Below, piece after piece: positions 30,223 through 39,657 of a DNA stretch of 64,000 bases. Position 1 is the first letter of the stretch, and every line of letters starts with the position of its first letter. The notes beneath the pieces were generated by a model, which was not told where the DNA came from, made no database searches, and worked only from the letters and a program-made list of their open reading frames with translations. The DNA is from an uncultured Actinomycetota bacterium (GTDB taxonomy: Bacteria; Actinomycetota; Acidimicrobiia; Spongiisociales; UBA5794): NCBI GenBank assembly GCA_963836085.1, contig CAWIHT010000012.1, positions 6,527 to 70,526 of the forward strand, in the 5' to 3' direction. Made by a program: the position numbers and the translations under genes.

Positions 30223-31941
30223 ATGGGCGTCCTCCAACGCTGGGTGCCCGGCGTCACGATGGTTCGAACCTACGAGAAGGGTTGGCTCCGCAAGGACCTC
30301 GTCGCGGCGCTCGTCTTGACCGCGCTCCTCGTTCCCCAGGGCATGGCGTACGCGGAACTTGCCGGTCTCCCGGCCGTCACCGGCCTCTATACAACCGTCG
30401 CTGCCTTGATCGGGTACGCGATCTTCGGCCCATCGCGCATCATGGTCCTCGGACCAGACTCATCCCTTGCGCCGCTCATCGCCGCCATCATCGCCCCGCT
30501 GGTCATCGGTGACAGCCCGGCAGAGGCGGTCGCCCTGGCGGGCATGCTCGCGATCCTCGCCGGACTGATCGAAATCGTGGTCGGCCTGGTCAAACTCGGA
30601 ACCATCACCGACCTGCTCTCGATGCCGGTACGGGTCGGCTACCTGAACGGCATCGCCCTGCTCGTTCTCGTGAGCCAACTACCAAAGCTCTTCGGCTTCT
30701 CGACCGACGGTGACGGATTCATCTCCGACGTCATCGAGTTCGTCAAGGGTGTGGCGAACGGCGAGACCGTCATCGCCGCACTGCTCCTCGGCGGCGTCGC
30801 GATCGCGGTGATGCTCCTCGGTCGCCACTTCGCGCCGCGTGTCCCGTGGGTGCTCGTCGCCGTCGTCGGGGCGATCGCGGTGGTGGCGCTGCTCGATCTC
30901 GCCGACGAGGGTGTCTCGGTGGTCGGGGTGCTGCCCTCCGGCTTCCCGAGTCCGACCTTCCCAAGTGTGCCGTTTGATGATCTCGGCCCGCTACTCGTCG
31001 GGGCGCTCGGCATCGCCATCGTCAGCGTCGCCGATACTGCAGCGCTCTCACGGAGTTTCGCTGCCAAGCGCGGCGATCGCGTTGACCAGAACCAGGAAGC
31101 CGTAGGCCTGGGAATGGCGAACATCGCTGCCGGTCTGTTCCAGGGATTCCCCATGAGCGCGAGCTCCTCGCGGACCGTGGTCGCCGATTCGGTGGGCGCC
31201 AAGACCCAACTCACCGGGGTCATCTCAGCGGTAGCGATCATCGTTCTCTTGGTCGGTGCCAACGGTCTGCTTGCCGACCTGCCGTCATCGGTACTCGCCG
31301 CCGTGGTGATCGTCGCTTCGTTCGGCCTGTTCGACCTGAAGACGCTCCGGTGGTTGGCTCGGGTCCGGCGCACCGACTTCGCGGCGGCGGTCATCGCGAT
31401 GCTCGGCGTCATCCTGGTCGGAGTCCTCGAAGGTCTCCTCATTGCGATCGCTGTCTCGCTTGCGGTGTTCATCTGGAAGCGGTGGAGGCCCTACACGGCC
31501 GTCCTCGGCCGCGTCGCTGGCGCCAAGGGCTACCACGACGTCGAACGGCATCCCGACGCCTACCTCGTGCCGAGCCTCCTCCTGTTCCGGTTCGACTCAC
31601 CGATCTTCTTCGCCAACTCCGGCTTCTTCGAGGAGCAGCTCAGCGACGCCATCGAAGCCACCCCCGGTGGAGTCAGCCGGGTCGTCGTTGCCGCCGAACC
31701 GATCACCGACATCGACAGCACCGGAGCCGAGATGCTCAACCTCCTCCTCGATGATCTCGACACCAGGAATATCGAGTTCGCCTTCGCTGAACTCAAGGGA
31801 CCGGTGAAGGACCGCCTGCGCAGCTACGGCCTGTACGACCGGATCGGCGATCGGTTCTTCTATCCCACCATCGGCGTTGCGGTGACCGCCTACGCCGACG
31901 AGACCGGAGAGCCAACGCGGGACCCCGGCAGCACAGTGTGA
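30223..31941 (+). CDS. SulP/SLC26 anion transporter with STAS domain
   Basis: LVPQGMAYAELAGLP..GLY, SASSSRT, and STAS motifs FFANS and DIDSTG. Confidence 0.92.
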   Translation: MGVLQRWVPGVTMVRTYEKGWLRKDLVAALVLTALLVPQGMAYAELAGLPAVTGLYTTVAALIGYAIFGPSRIMVLGPDSSLAPLIAAIIAPLVIGDSPAEAVALAGMLAILAGLIEIVVGLVKLGTITDLLSMPVRVGYLNGIALLVLVSQLPKLFGFSTDGDGFISDVIEFVKGVANGETVIAALLLGGVAIAVMLLGRHFAPRVPWVLVAVVGAIAVVALLDLADEGVSVVGVLPSGFPSPTFPSVPFDDLGPLLVGALGIAIVSVADTAALSRSFAAKRGDRVDQNQEAVGLGMANIAAGLFQGFPMSASSSRTVVADSVGAKTQLTGVISAVAIIVLLVGANGLLADLPSSVLAAVVIVASFGLFDLKTLRWLARVRRTDFAAAVIAMLGVILVGVLEGLLIAIAVSLAVFIWKRWRPYTAVLGRVAGAKGYHDVERHPDAYLVPSLLLFRFDSPIFFANSGFFEEQLSDAIEATPGGVSRVVVAAEPITDIDSTGAEMLNLLLDDLDTRNIEFAFAELKGPVKDRLRSYGLYDRIGDRFFYPTIGVAVTAYADETGEPTRDPGSTV

Positions 31942-31993
31942 CATTCGGACGGTCAGGTTCGATAATGCGCTGAACACTCAGAGAGGCGACCAC

Positions 31994-32641
31994 GTGCGCG
32001 GAGACATCATCCTCGTCGGTGACGAGCACCGGCGTGCCGCAGGCATCATCATCGACCGCCTGGTCGACACCATTCGGTCGTTTCCGCGCCGGTTTACGAT
32101 CACCGTTGCCGGGGAATCTGGGAGCGGGAAGTCCGAGACGGGACAGGCCCTCGCAGAAGCGCTCGAGGAACGGGGTGTGCACTCCGTCGTCCTGCAGCAG
32201 GACGACTACTACGTGCTGCCGCCGAGATTCAACGATGCCGCCCGTCGCGCCAACTTCGCCTGGGTGGGTACCACCGAGGTGAGGATCGACCTTCTCGATG
32301 CCCACCTCCAGGCGGCGCAGGAAGGTGCGTCCGAGATCACGAAGCCCCTCGTGATCTACGAAGACAACGCGATCGTCGAAGAGACGCTCTCCTACGAAGG
32401 AGCCGCTGTTGTTATCGCCGAAGGCGTCTACACATCGCTGTGCGAGCACGTCGACTATCGGGTGTTCATCGCACGCAATCGTCTCGAAACGATGGAGCAT
32501 CGGATGAAGCGTGGGCGTGAGGAGTTCGATCCCTTCATCGAGCAAGTGCTCGTCGAAGAGCACGAGATCATCTCTCAACACCGGCCGAAGGCGGATGTAA
32601 TCATCACCCGGGACTACGACGTCGAGTTCGTGACAGAGTGA
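31994..32641 (+). CDS. Uridine-kinase/phosphoribulokinase-like P-loop kinase
   Basis: AGESGSGKS Walker A, QQDDYY, IAEG. Confidence 0.75.
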   Translation: MRGDIILVGDEHRRAAGIIIDRLVDTIRSFPRRFTITVAGESGSGKSETGQALAEALEERGVHSVVLQQDDYYVLPPRFNDAARRANFAWVGTTEVRIDLLDAHLQAAQEGASEITKPLVIYEDNAIVEETLSYEGAAVVIAEGVYTSLCEHVDYRVFIARNRLETMEHRMKRGREEFDPFIEQVLVEEHEIISQHRPKADVIITRDYDVEFVTE

Positions 32642-34719
32642 CCGCTCCGCACGCCGGTCTCGACGCCTACCGGGCACGGGAAGCATCCTTCGCCGTCGGT
32701 CTCCGACCACAGGACGCCGTCGCCATGCCGCTGGCCGAGGCGCTCGCAGCGCTGAAGGAACGATTTGGCGATGCGGTCTCGATCGCACTGTCGGACGATG
32801 CCGTCGACCTCGATCGACCCCTCGGCGGGTTGCCGCCAGCAGTCCGGTCGCCGCGCTCCCACGAACCGGATTCGGCATGGATGCGGCGATCCAATGTCGT
32901 CGGCATCAACGTCAGGACCGTTGGCGACCTCGGCGGGGTGGTCAAGTATGCGCTCACCCTCCCCGCGTCATCCGATTCGATCCAGCTGCTCCCGATCTGG
33001 GAGCCTGGCGTCGTGAAGTCTTTGTACGGGATTGCCGGGTGGAACCTGAACTACGAGTTCTTCTCCGACGAACTCTACGAGTACGCGCCGAACCTCGACA
33101 CCATCGAGAAGCAACTCAGGGCCACGTCGAACCTCCTGCACGTGATGGGCAAAGCCGTGGGGATGGATGTGATTCCGCACACCGACCGCTTCTCTGAGAT
33201 CGCCCTCGGGAACCCGGATCTGTTCGAATGGATGAAGGTGCGGGACCGAGCCATCGTGGACCACTCCGACGGTGTCGTCGATGAGGTCAAGAACTCGATC
33301 ATCGCCTGGCTCGAGGACCGCGGCCCCGCCGTTGCCGGCCGCACCGTCCCCGGCAGTACCGAAGCGCTATACGCCCTCGACGAGGACGCGCGTCTGGAGC
33401 TCCTCTTCGGCGCTCCGGACGACCTGTTCGGTCGCATCGACCGCCGCGTCGATCTGGTCATGCACCTCAAGTGGTTCGGACTCGAACCGGTGCCGGCCAC
33501 GATGGGTGTGCCGTTCCGCGGGATACAGGTCGATCCTGACCCGGCGCACACGGTCACCGACACCCACGGGATGGAGTGGCCCGACTTCGTGATCACCGAA
33601 CCCGGGTTCATGTCACGGGTGTTCTCCCCCCTTGCCCGCTTCAAGCTCTACGAACGTCTCGACGACAACGCCGATTGGCGGATCGATTTCGACCGGCCGC
33701 GCCAACGGGTTTGGGACTATGTGTGCCGGCACTACGCGGCGGTGCAGCACATCGGGAACTTCGACTTCATGCGCGGAGACATGTCGCACGTGCAGATGCG
33801 GCCGGGAGGCGTCCCCGACGAAGTCGACAAGTACTACGACATCCTCGGTTCGGTGAAGACCCACATCCAGGACACGGCTGCCGCACCGTGGTTCGCCTAC
33901 TTCGCCGAGACATTCCTCCCGGCGAGGGACATCTTCCAGTACGGCGAGGAACTCGACCACCTCGAAGCTTCCCTCGCCGATGTCACCCTCGGAGACCTCC
34001 AGTCGACCGTGGTCGGCGACCACGAGTTCCTTCGTCGGTTCCGGCGCTACCTCGACGACCTCGCTACACGGTCCACGGCGCCGGCGTTCACCGTCATGAC
34101 GGCGGACAAGGACGACCCGCGCTTCGACAGCTTCTACCGGGCGGGGAACGAGGTGCGGCTCTTCACAGCTCTCTTGCTGCCCGACATGCCGTCCTACGTC
34201 GGACTTGGGTTCGAGGTCCGCGACGTGCACTGGGAACCGGTCGAGAACGAGCGATACACCAAGCTCTTCGTGTTCCACGAAGAGGGTGAGTCGAACATCC
34301 ACCCGTCGAAGGCCCGGTTCTCCGACGACTTCATCTGGGGCACCAACGATGAACTCTTCGCACGTCTCACCGATCTGCGGGTGTTCGTCGAGACGGTGTT
34401 GCCGGATATCGCCGACTCAACCACCCGATGGCTGGTGCCGCCCGACGCGACGACGCTGCGCGGGATCGCGGCATGGACGCAGAAGCCGTCGTCGCTCCCG
34501 CCGGGTGCACGGAGGTACATGTGTCTCGCCAACTACGACCTTGAACGAGACTCGGGATACTTCGGGGTACCCGGGCTACCGTCGGATGCGGTGCTCAGGC
34601 CGCTCTTCACGACCCTCGGCGCCGAAAGACTCGACGATTCCACCGTGGCCTCGAACGGCTTCTTCCACCGCATCGAGAATCTCGAACCTGGTGAGGGTCG
34701 CGTCTACACCGTCGAGTAG
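32638..34719 (+). CDS. Divergent alpha-amylase-superfamily (GH13-like) enzyme
   Basis: IQLLPIWE, SLYG, GMDVIPHT (region I), FDFMRGDMSH (region II), YFAETF (region III); GTGA overlap with the kinase. Confidence 0.65.
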   Translation: MTAPHAGLDAYRAREASFAVGLRPQDAVAMPLAEALAALKERFGDAVSIALSDDAVDLDRPLGGLPPAVRSPRSHEPDSAWMRRSNVVGINVRTVGDLGGVVKYALTLPASSDSIQLLPIWEPGVVKSLYGIAGWNLNYEFFSDELYEYAPNLDTIEKQLRATSNLLHVMGKAVGMDVIPHTDRFSEIALGNPDLFEWMKVRDRAIVDHSDGVVDEVKNSIIAWLEDRGPAVAGRTVPGSTEALYALDEDARLELLFGAPDDLFGRIDRRVDLVMHLKWFGLEPVPATMGVPFRGIQVDPDPAHTVTDTHGMEWPDFVITEPGFMSRVFSPLARFKLYERLDDNADWRIDFDRPRQRVWDYVCRHYAAVQHIGNFDFMRGDMSHVQMRPGGVPDEVDKYYDILGSVKTHIQDTAAAPWFAYFAETFLPARDIFQYGEELDHLEASLADVTLGDLQSTVVGDHEFLRRFRRYLDDLATRSTAPAFTVMTADKDDPRFDSFYRAGNEVRLFTALLLPDMPSYVGLGFEVRDVHWEPVENERYTKLFVFHEEGESNIHPSKARFSDDFIWGTNDELFARLTDLRVFVETVLPDIADSTTRWLVPPDATTLRGIAAWTQKPSSLPPGARRYMCLANYDLERDSGYFGVPGLPSDAVLRPLFTTLGAERLDDSTVASNGFFHRIENLEPGEGRVYTVE

Positions 34720-34728
34720 GGCGGCTGC

Positions 34729-35094
34729 CTACTCGACGACCCACGCAACGGCATCGGCCCGGTCCGCCACCGCATAGACCTTCAGTTCGCACGGCATCAT
34801 CCATGCAAAGGCCTTGACACCCTCTTCATAGTGCTTGTGATCGGTGACGAGAGCGATCTTCTCGAACTTGGACCAGTGAGCGACGCCGACCTTCGTGTCT
34901 TCCCACATCGCACCACCGGAGTATCCGTCGAAGTCGTCTCCGAGGACGTACAGGAGCCGGATCTTGTCCTGCTTCTCGAGGGCCTCGTCGACGGCTGGGT
35001 CGAGCACTGACTTGTAGTCACCGGCCCGGACCTCACCAACGGCCTCAAAGCCGATGACGTTGTCGGGCAGACCGTCGATCAGGCGAATCATCAT
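34729..35094 (-). CDS. STAS/SEC14 (SpoIIAA-like) domain protein
   Basis: G.V.A.DY, AMWED.K.G..HW..FEKIALVTD pattern. Confidence 0.85.
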   Translation of the reverse strand: MMIRLIDGLPDNVIGFEAVGEVRAGDYKSVLDPAVDEALEKQDKIRLLYVLGDDFDGYSGGAMWEDTKVGVAHWSKFEKIALVTDHKHYEEGVKAFAWMMPCELKVYAVADRADAVAWVVE

Positions 35095-35205
35095 GTGCTC
35101 CTAGGTTCGAACGATTGGCCCCACGATTGTACCGATCCGCGTGACAGTCTCATACCTCCCCATCGCCCGCTCGGCGCTGCGCGTGCACCCATCTGGCGCA
35201 CGCTG

Positions 35206-36666
35206 TCACCCGAGCGGCTCGACAAGGGTGTCGACCCGCTCCCCGTCGATCACATCCGAATCGGCGTCCGAGGCTCGTCGTGCCGCGGTGGAGAGACCCC
35301 ACAGATAGAGGGCAAGGAGTCCGGCGACCACGAGCACCGATGCGAAGCCGATGCCGGTGATGAACAGCACGATCACGGCAACGGCGATGCCCACAATCCG
35401 CATCGCGTCGTGACGCGGCGCAATCCACTGGTCGAGTCCGCCTCCACCCGACTCTGAAGCGCTGTCGCCCTTCAGACGATCTGAGAGACCGGTAATCCAG
35501 GCGGGCCGACCGAGAAGGTATGCGGCGATCGCTACGACCATCGCAACCACCACAACGATGACAACCATGCTCCGCAGGCTCGCGACCACCTCGGAAAGAA
35601 GCGATTCCCCTGCGGCTCGTCCGTTGGGGTTCGCGATCTGTTCCACGACGGCCGATTCGAGACGACGTATCGCCGCGACCCCGATGACCAGGCCTGCAAC
35701 AGTCGCGAGCGCCAGTTGGATGACGGTCCTACGGCGGGTGGGAGAGACCGCAACGGTAACCACCATCAGAACGATGCTGAGCAACACGAGCAGCCACACG
35801 AACTGGTCAAGGCGCTGTGCTGCGTCTTGCGCCTCGACCAACTTCTGCTCACTGAGCAGAGTGACTTGACCGAAGTCCTCAGGCAGTTGTGCCTTGACGG
35901 CTTCCGAGAGCTGTTGCCTGCCCTCGTCCACGCCAGTGGAGATCACGTCTGGCAGGGTGACGTCCGGGAGGAAGTCCCTAACTTCGGCTGCAACGAGGCG
36001 CAGTGCTTCGTTGATCGTGGGCACCAGGTTGAGGCGAACTTCGCCGTTCTCGATGTAGACATTCGGCATCTCCGCAAGGTCGTTGCGCAGCAGCGCGACG
36101 CCTGCCACGTGAGCCTGCTCCACGATATTGGTGAAGCGAGCCTCGAACTCCGGCGACGTGACGAATGCGTCAACGACCTCGGTGATGCGCGTCTCCAGCG
36201 CTGCCGCAATCGGCGCCGCGAGAACGGCCAACGATGGCCGATCGAGGCGGTCGAGCGCGGCTTGACCCCGATCCCCGACCTCGAGCGCTTCTATGAGCGT
36301 CTGCGACAGGTACTCATCGACGCCGGTGAGGGTTGCGGCGGCCCGTGCCTCCAGGGCGAGGGCCACGATGATCTCCGCCGAGACCCGTTCACTCATCGCC
36401 GCGTAGAGAGCAGGGTCGTCCAGGGCTGGCTGCACCACCTCCATGAATTGGTCCGTGTCAAACACCGTCTCATGTGCCCACACCGCGACCGTCGTCGTGA
36501 CGACGGAGAGGGCGGTCAGGATCACGAGGACGACCGTCAGCCACCGTCGCCACCGCGTCCGCGTGGCGAGCCGCGAACGGAGCGCCTCGTTCTCGCTGCG
36601 AAGCTGCGACAACTCGGCTGTGGTGACAGTCGATCCCTGATCGGTGGTTTCGCGCGAGACGGTCAT
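35206..36666 (-). CDS. Hypothetical integral membrane protein
   Basis: N-terminal TM, large helical domain, several C-terminal TM helices; typical codon usage. Confidence 0.7.
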   Translation of the reverse strand: MTVSRETTDQGSTVTTAELSQLRSENEALRSRLATRTRWRRWLTVVLVILTALSVVTTTVAVWAHETVFDTDQFMEVVQPALDDPALYAAMSERVSAEIIVALALEARAAATLTGVDEYLSQTLIEALEVGDRGQAALDRLDRPSLAVLAAPIAAALETRITEVVDAFVTSPEFEARFTNIVEQAHVAGVALLRNDLAEMPNVYIENGEVRLNLVPTINEALRLVAAEVRDFLPDVTLPDVISTGVDEGRQQLSEAVKAQLPEDFGQVTLLSEQKLVEAQDAAQRLDQFVWLLVLLSIVLMVVTVAVSPTRRRTVIQLALATVAGLVIGVAAIRRLESAVVEQIANPNGRAAGESLLSEVVASLRSMVVIVVVVAMVVAIAAYLLGRPAWITGLSDRLKGDSASESGGGGLDQWIAPRHDAMRIVGIAVAVIVLFITGIGFASVLVVAGLLALYLWGLSTAARRASDADSDVIDGERVDTLVEPLG

Positions 36667-36887
36667 GCGGGGTGTTCCTTGGGAGCGTGGACGACTGCTG
36701 TCGTGTCCCTCGGATTCTACGATACGTCCAGCGCCTCGGCGTCAAGAACGGGTCGCTTTCTTGTCCAACCGCGAACGGTAGGTCGAGCTGCTCGCAGGCG
36801 AGGATTCGAAACGAATGTCCCACGGGACCGGTCGCCGCGAGTGCGTTGCACCGGCTCGACACCGTGGGGTTTCGCTCGCTGTCCCAG

Positions 36888-37412
36888 CTAGGGGCGTTCC
36901 GGGAACCGCATCAGTTGCGGATCCAGGTCATTCGTCCATGGCAGGCCGGCGTTCTTCCACCCGTTCACCATCCGCTTGCGGTGGAACACGCTTCTTGGAT
37001 CGTTGACCCGTTCGCCCTCCATGCCTTCGAGGATGTTGTAGACGTTCTGGTACCCGGCCTCTGCGAGGATGTTGACTGCGAGGGCGGCACGCCCGCCGGA
37101 GCGGCACATGACCAGGATCGTGTCGGCCGGGTCCGCCCAGCGCGTCACATCGGGGATGAAGCGCGGGTTCCCGACGATCGCGACCCGCCCCTTCTCCGGT
37201 TCCCACTCGTAGGTGTGCATCACGAACGGGATGTTCATCGCCATCTCCGGGTGCCCCACGAAGGCGTACTCCTCGGGTGTTCGCACGTCGAGGACCTTCA
37301 CGTGGTCGCTGTCGGCCCCCCACTGCTCGTATGCCTCTCTTGGTGTCACGTAGAGACCGAGCTTGGTACGGCAGCCTTCCGGGACGGCGTACTCCGCCTT
37401 TGATGTATCCAT
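36888..37412 (-). CDS. Single-domain rhodanese-like sulfurtransferase
   Basis: LDVRTPEEY..GHP, active loop MCRSGGRA, GWKNAGLPW. Confidence 0.88.
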   Translation of the reverse strand: MDTSKAEYAVPEGCRTKLGLYVTPREAYEQWGADSDHVKVLDVRTPEEYAFVGHPEMAMNIPFVMHTYEWEPEKGRVAIVGNPRFIPDVTRWADPADTILVMCRSGGRAALAVNILAEAGYQNVYNILEGMEGERVNDPRSVFHRKRMVNGWKNAGLPWTNDLDPQLMRFPERP

Positions 37413-37431
37413 CGCCAATCACATCTCCCGT

Positions 37432-38598
37432 CTAGCCGAGCCGGGTGTCACTGACCTCGAGGGTGCCTCCCTCGGGGAGCTTCGTCCAACTCCGTCGCTC
37501 CCATTCCTCGGCAAGCACTTCTTTGGCTGCTTGCTCGAGGAACTCGGGGGCCGCCCACTCATCGACATCGAAGTCGTTCTTGATGTAGCCGTGCTCGAAC
37601 ATGAAGTCCTTGCCGATCTCGATCGTGGCCATGTTCATTGCATCCAGGCTCGGAACCATATCAACCTGCTTGATGCCCTGATACGTGTCCTCTGCATCCA
37701 GGTAGAACGTCTGCCGGTTGAGGATCGCTCCGGCGGCCCGCTTGTGATCGTTTGACCAACGACCGACCTTGATCATCGCCTTCATATAGGCAATGACCAG
37801 TTCAGGATGCTCATCGGCCATCACGTCGGTGCAGGTGATGACGGCAGGTGTATTGGCGACCTGGATCGTCCAGTCCGAACGCTTTGACAGGTCTTCGATC
37901 ATCTTGATCTTGCCCGTGGCCTCCTGGAGGTGCTGGAAGACCTTGCTCTGCGTGTAGATCGCATCCACCTCACCGGCAAGCAGGGCGTTTTCGAGCGGCC
38001 GGAACGCCAAGTCGTGCTTGTGGTCGCGGCGCATCCACAGCTCTGACGGGTTGTTCATCTGGTTGACGAGCATCTCGGGCTTGTCGTACCAGTCATCGGC
38101 ATAGGGATACTCAACCAACTCGATGTCATCCATGGTCATGTCGTTGAGTGCGAGCATGTTCAAGATGCCCATGTGCTCCTGGATGCGCCACCAGTCGTTC
38201 TTGATGGTGTTCAGGCTCTTCGAGATGCCGACCCTTTTGCCCTTCAGGTCGCTCATCTTCATCAACGGATCACCGGCACGCACCGCCATGCAGCCACCCT
38301 CGTGCACCCACGTGGCACCGAGCAGGCGCGTGCGACGCACATCTGCCTGAACGTGGATCGGCGGATACAGCCCACCGAAACGGATCAGGTTGTCGAGATT
38401 GTGGATGTAGTGCGGATACCAGTTGTTCTCCGGTGCGTGACGGAAGTAGGCGTACTCCACACCGATCTTCTTGAACTCCTCACGGCACCAACCCAACTCC
38501 TGATCCACATTGTTCGCCGACACCATCGGACAGTTCGTGAACCACACCTCCGACCAATCCAACGGGACGGTGGTAGAAACTCGCTCGACTTCAGACAT
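37432..38598 (-). CDS. DszB-like (type II PBP-fold) sulfinate desulfinase homologue
   Basis: WFTNCP, PHY....NLIRFGGLYPP..RTRLLG; no signal peptide; RBS AAGGAG. Confidence 0.7.
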   Translation of the reverse strand: MSEVERVSTTVPLDWSEVWFTNCPMVSANNVDQELGWCREEFKKIGVEYAYFRHAPENNWYPHYIHNLDNLIRFGGLYPPIHVQADVRRTRLLGATWVHEGGCMAVRAGDPLMKMSDLKGKRVGISKSLNTIKNDWWRIQEHMGILNMLALNDMTMDDIELVEYPYADDWYDKPEMLVNQMNNPSELWMRRDHKHDLAFRPLENALLAGEVDAIYTQSKVFQHLQEATGKIKMIEDLSKRSDWTIQVANTPAVITCTDVMADEHPELVIAYMKAMIKVGRWSNDHKRAAGAILNRQTFYLDAEDTYQGIKQVDMVPSLDAMNMATIEIGKDFMFEHGYIKNDFDVDEWAAPEFLEQAAKEVLAEEWERRSWTKLPEGGTLEVSDTRLG

Positions 38599-38741
38599 GA
38601 CCAATCATCTCCTTGAAGACTGCAGTGGAAATCCGGATTCGCCTGGCACCAACAGTACGCCGCCACACACTCCGCCGGTAGAGGCCTACGCCACCAGCCA
38701 TTGGGTGTGGCCGCTCGGCGACGCCGCAGTACGATCCGCTG

Positions 38742-39617
38742 ATGCGTGGCACTTGGTTGATCCTCTTCGCCGCGGTGTTGTGGGGCACGACCGGAACGAC
38801 CCAGGAGTTGGGACCCGAGGCGGCCAGTCCACTGGCCGTCGGATCGCTGCGGCTCCTCATTGGAGCCGTCGTTCTGGTGGTGATGGCACTCACCGCGAAA
38901 CGCGAAGGCGGCTGGCGGTGGCTCGCCCGACCGGCCACGGTGTTTGCGGCGCTCGGAGTGGCGGCCTTCCAACTCTTCTTCTTCTCGGGGGTTGACCGGA
39001 CAGGGGTGGCTGTGGGAACACTCCTCGCGCTCGGGTCTGCGGTGTTGTTCGTCGGCGCAATCGAGGCAATCCTCTCCGGTGCATGGCCGGATCCCAAGTG
39101 GATCGCAGCCACGGTCCCCGCGATCGTCGGACTCGCCTTGCTTGCATTGTCGACGCGTGAGGCCGACGTCGACGGCATGGGGGTGATCCTGTCGCTGGCA
39201 GCCGGCCTCTCATACGCGACCTACATCGTCGGTGCAGCCCGGCTGGCCCGGCTCGGCTCGGTGCGTCACTCGACCGCTGCGGTCTTCACCCTGGCCTCGG
39301 TGATGCTTTTCCCGGTGGCGTTGAGCCAGGACCTGTCCTTCGTCGGTACCGTCGAAGGCGCCGCGATGGTCCTGTGGTTGGGTCTGGCGACTCTCGCGCT
39401 CGCCTACCTGCTGTTCACCTCGGGATTGCGAACGACCGACTCGGGCACGGCCGCGACGCTCTCGCTCGCGGAGCCGGTGACGGCCACCCTGCTTGGCGTT
39501 GTGGTGCTCGCCGAGCGACCGAGCGCCGGAGCCTGGCTCGGAATCGGCCTCATCGTTCTCGGCCTCGTACTCGCCGCCCGATGGTCCCAATCAGACGTCG
39601 CTTTGGTCCCCGGATAG
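38742..39617 (+). CDS. EamA/DMT family transporter
   Basis: AAVLWGTTG, about 10 TM helices, LSLAEPVTATLLG. Confidence 0.88.
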   Translation: MRGTWLILFAAVLWGTTGTTQELGPEAASPLAVGSLRLLIGAVVLVVMALTAKREGGWRWLARPATVFAALGVAAFQLFFFSGVDRTGVAVGTLLALGSAVLFVGAIEAILSGAWPDPKWIAATVPAIVGLALLALSTREADVDGMGVILSLAAGLSYATYIVGAARLARLGSVRHSTAAVFTLASVMLFPVALSQDLSFVGTVEGAAMVLWLGLATLALAYLLFTSGLRTTDSGTAATLSLAEPVTATLLGVVVLAERPSAGAWLGIGLIVLGLVLAARWSQSDVALVPG

Positions 39618-39657
39618 GCCCGAACCGCCAGACCTGCAACCCGATTTCATCCTCACC

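Noticed and set aside
37432-38598. ABC transporter substrate-binding protein
   Set aside because: No signal peptide or lipobox, no permease or ATPase, and DszB-like catalytic residues are present
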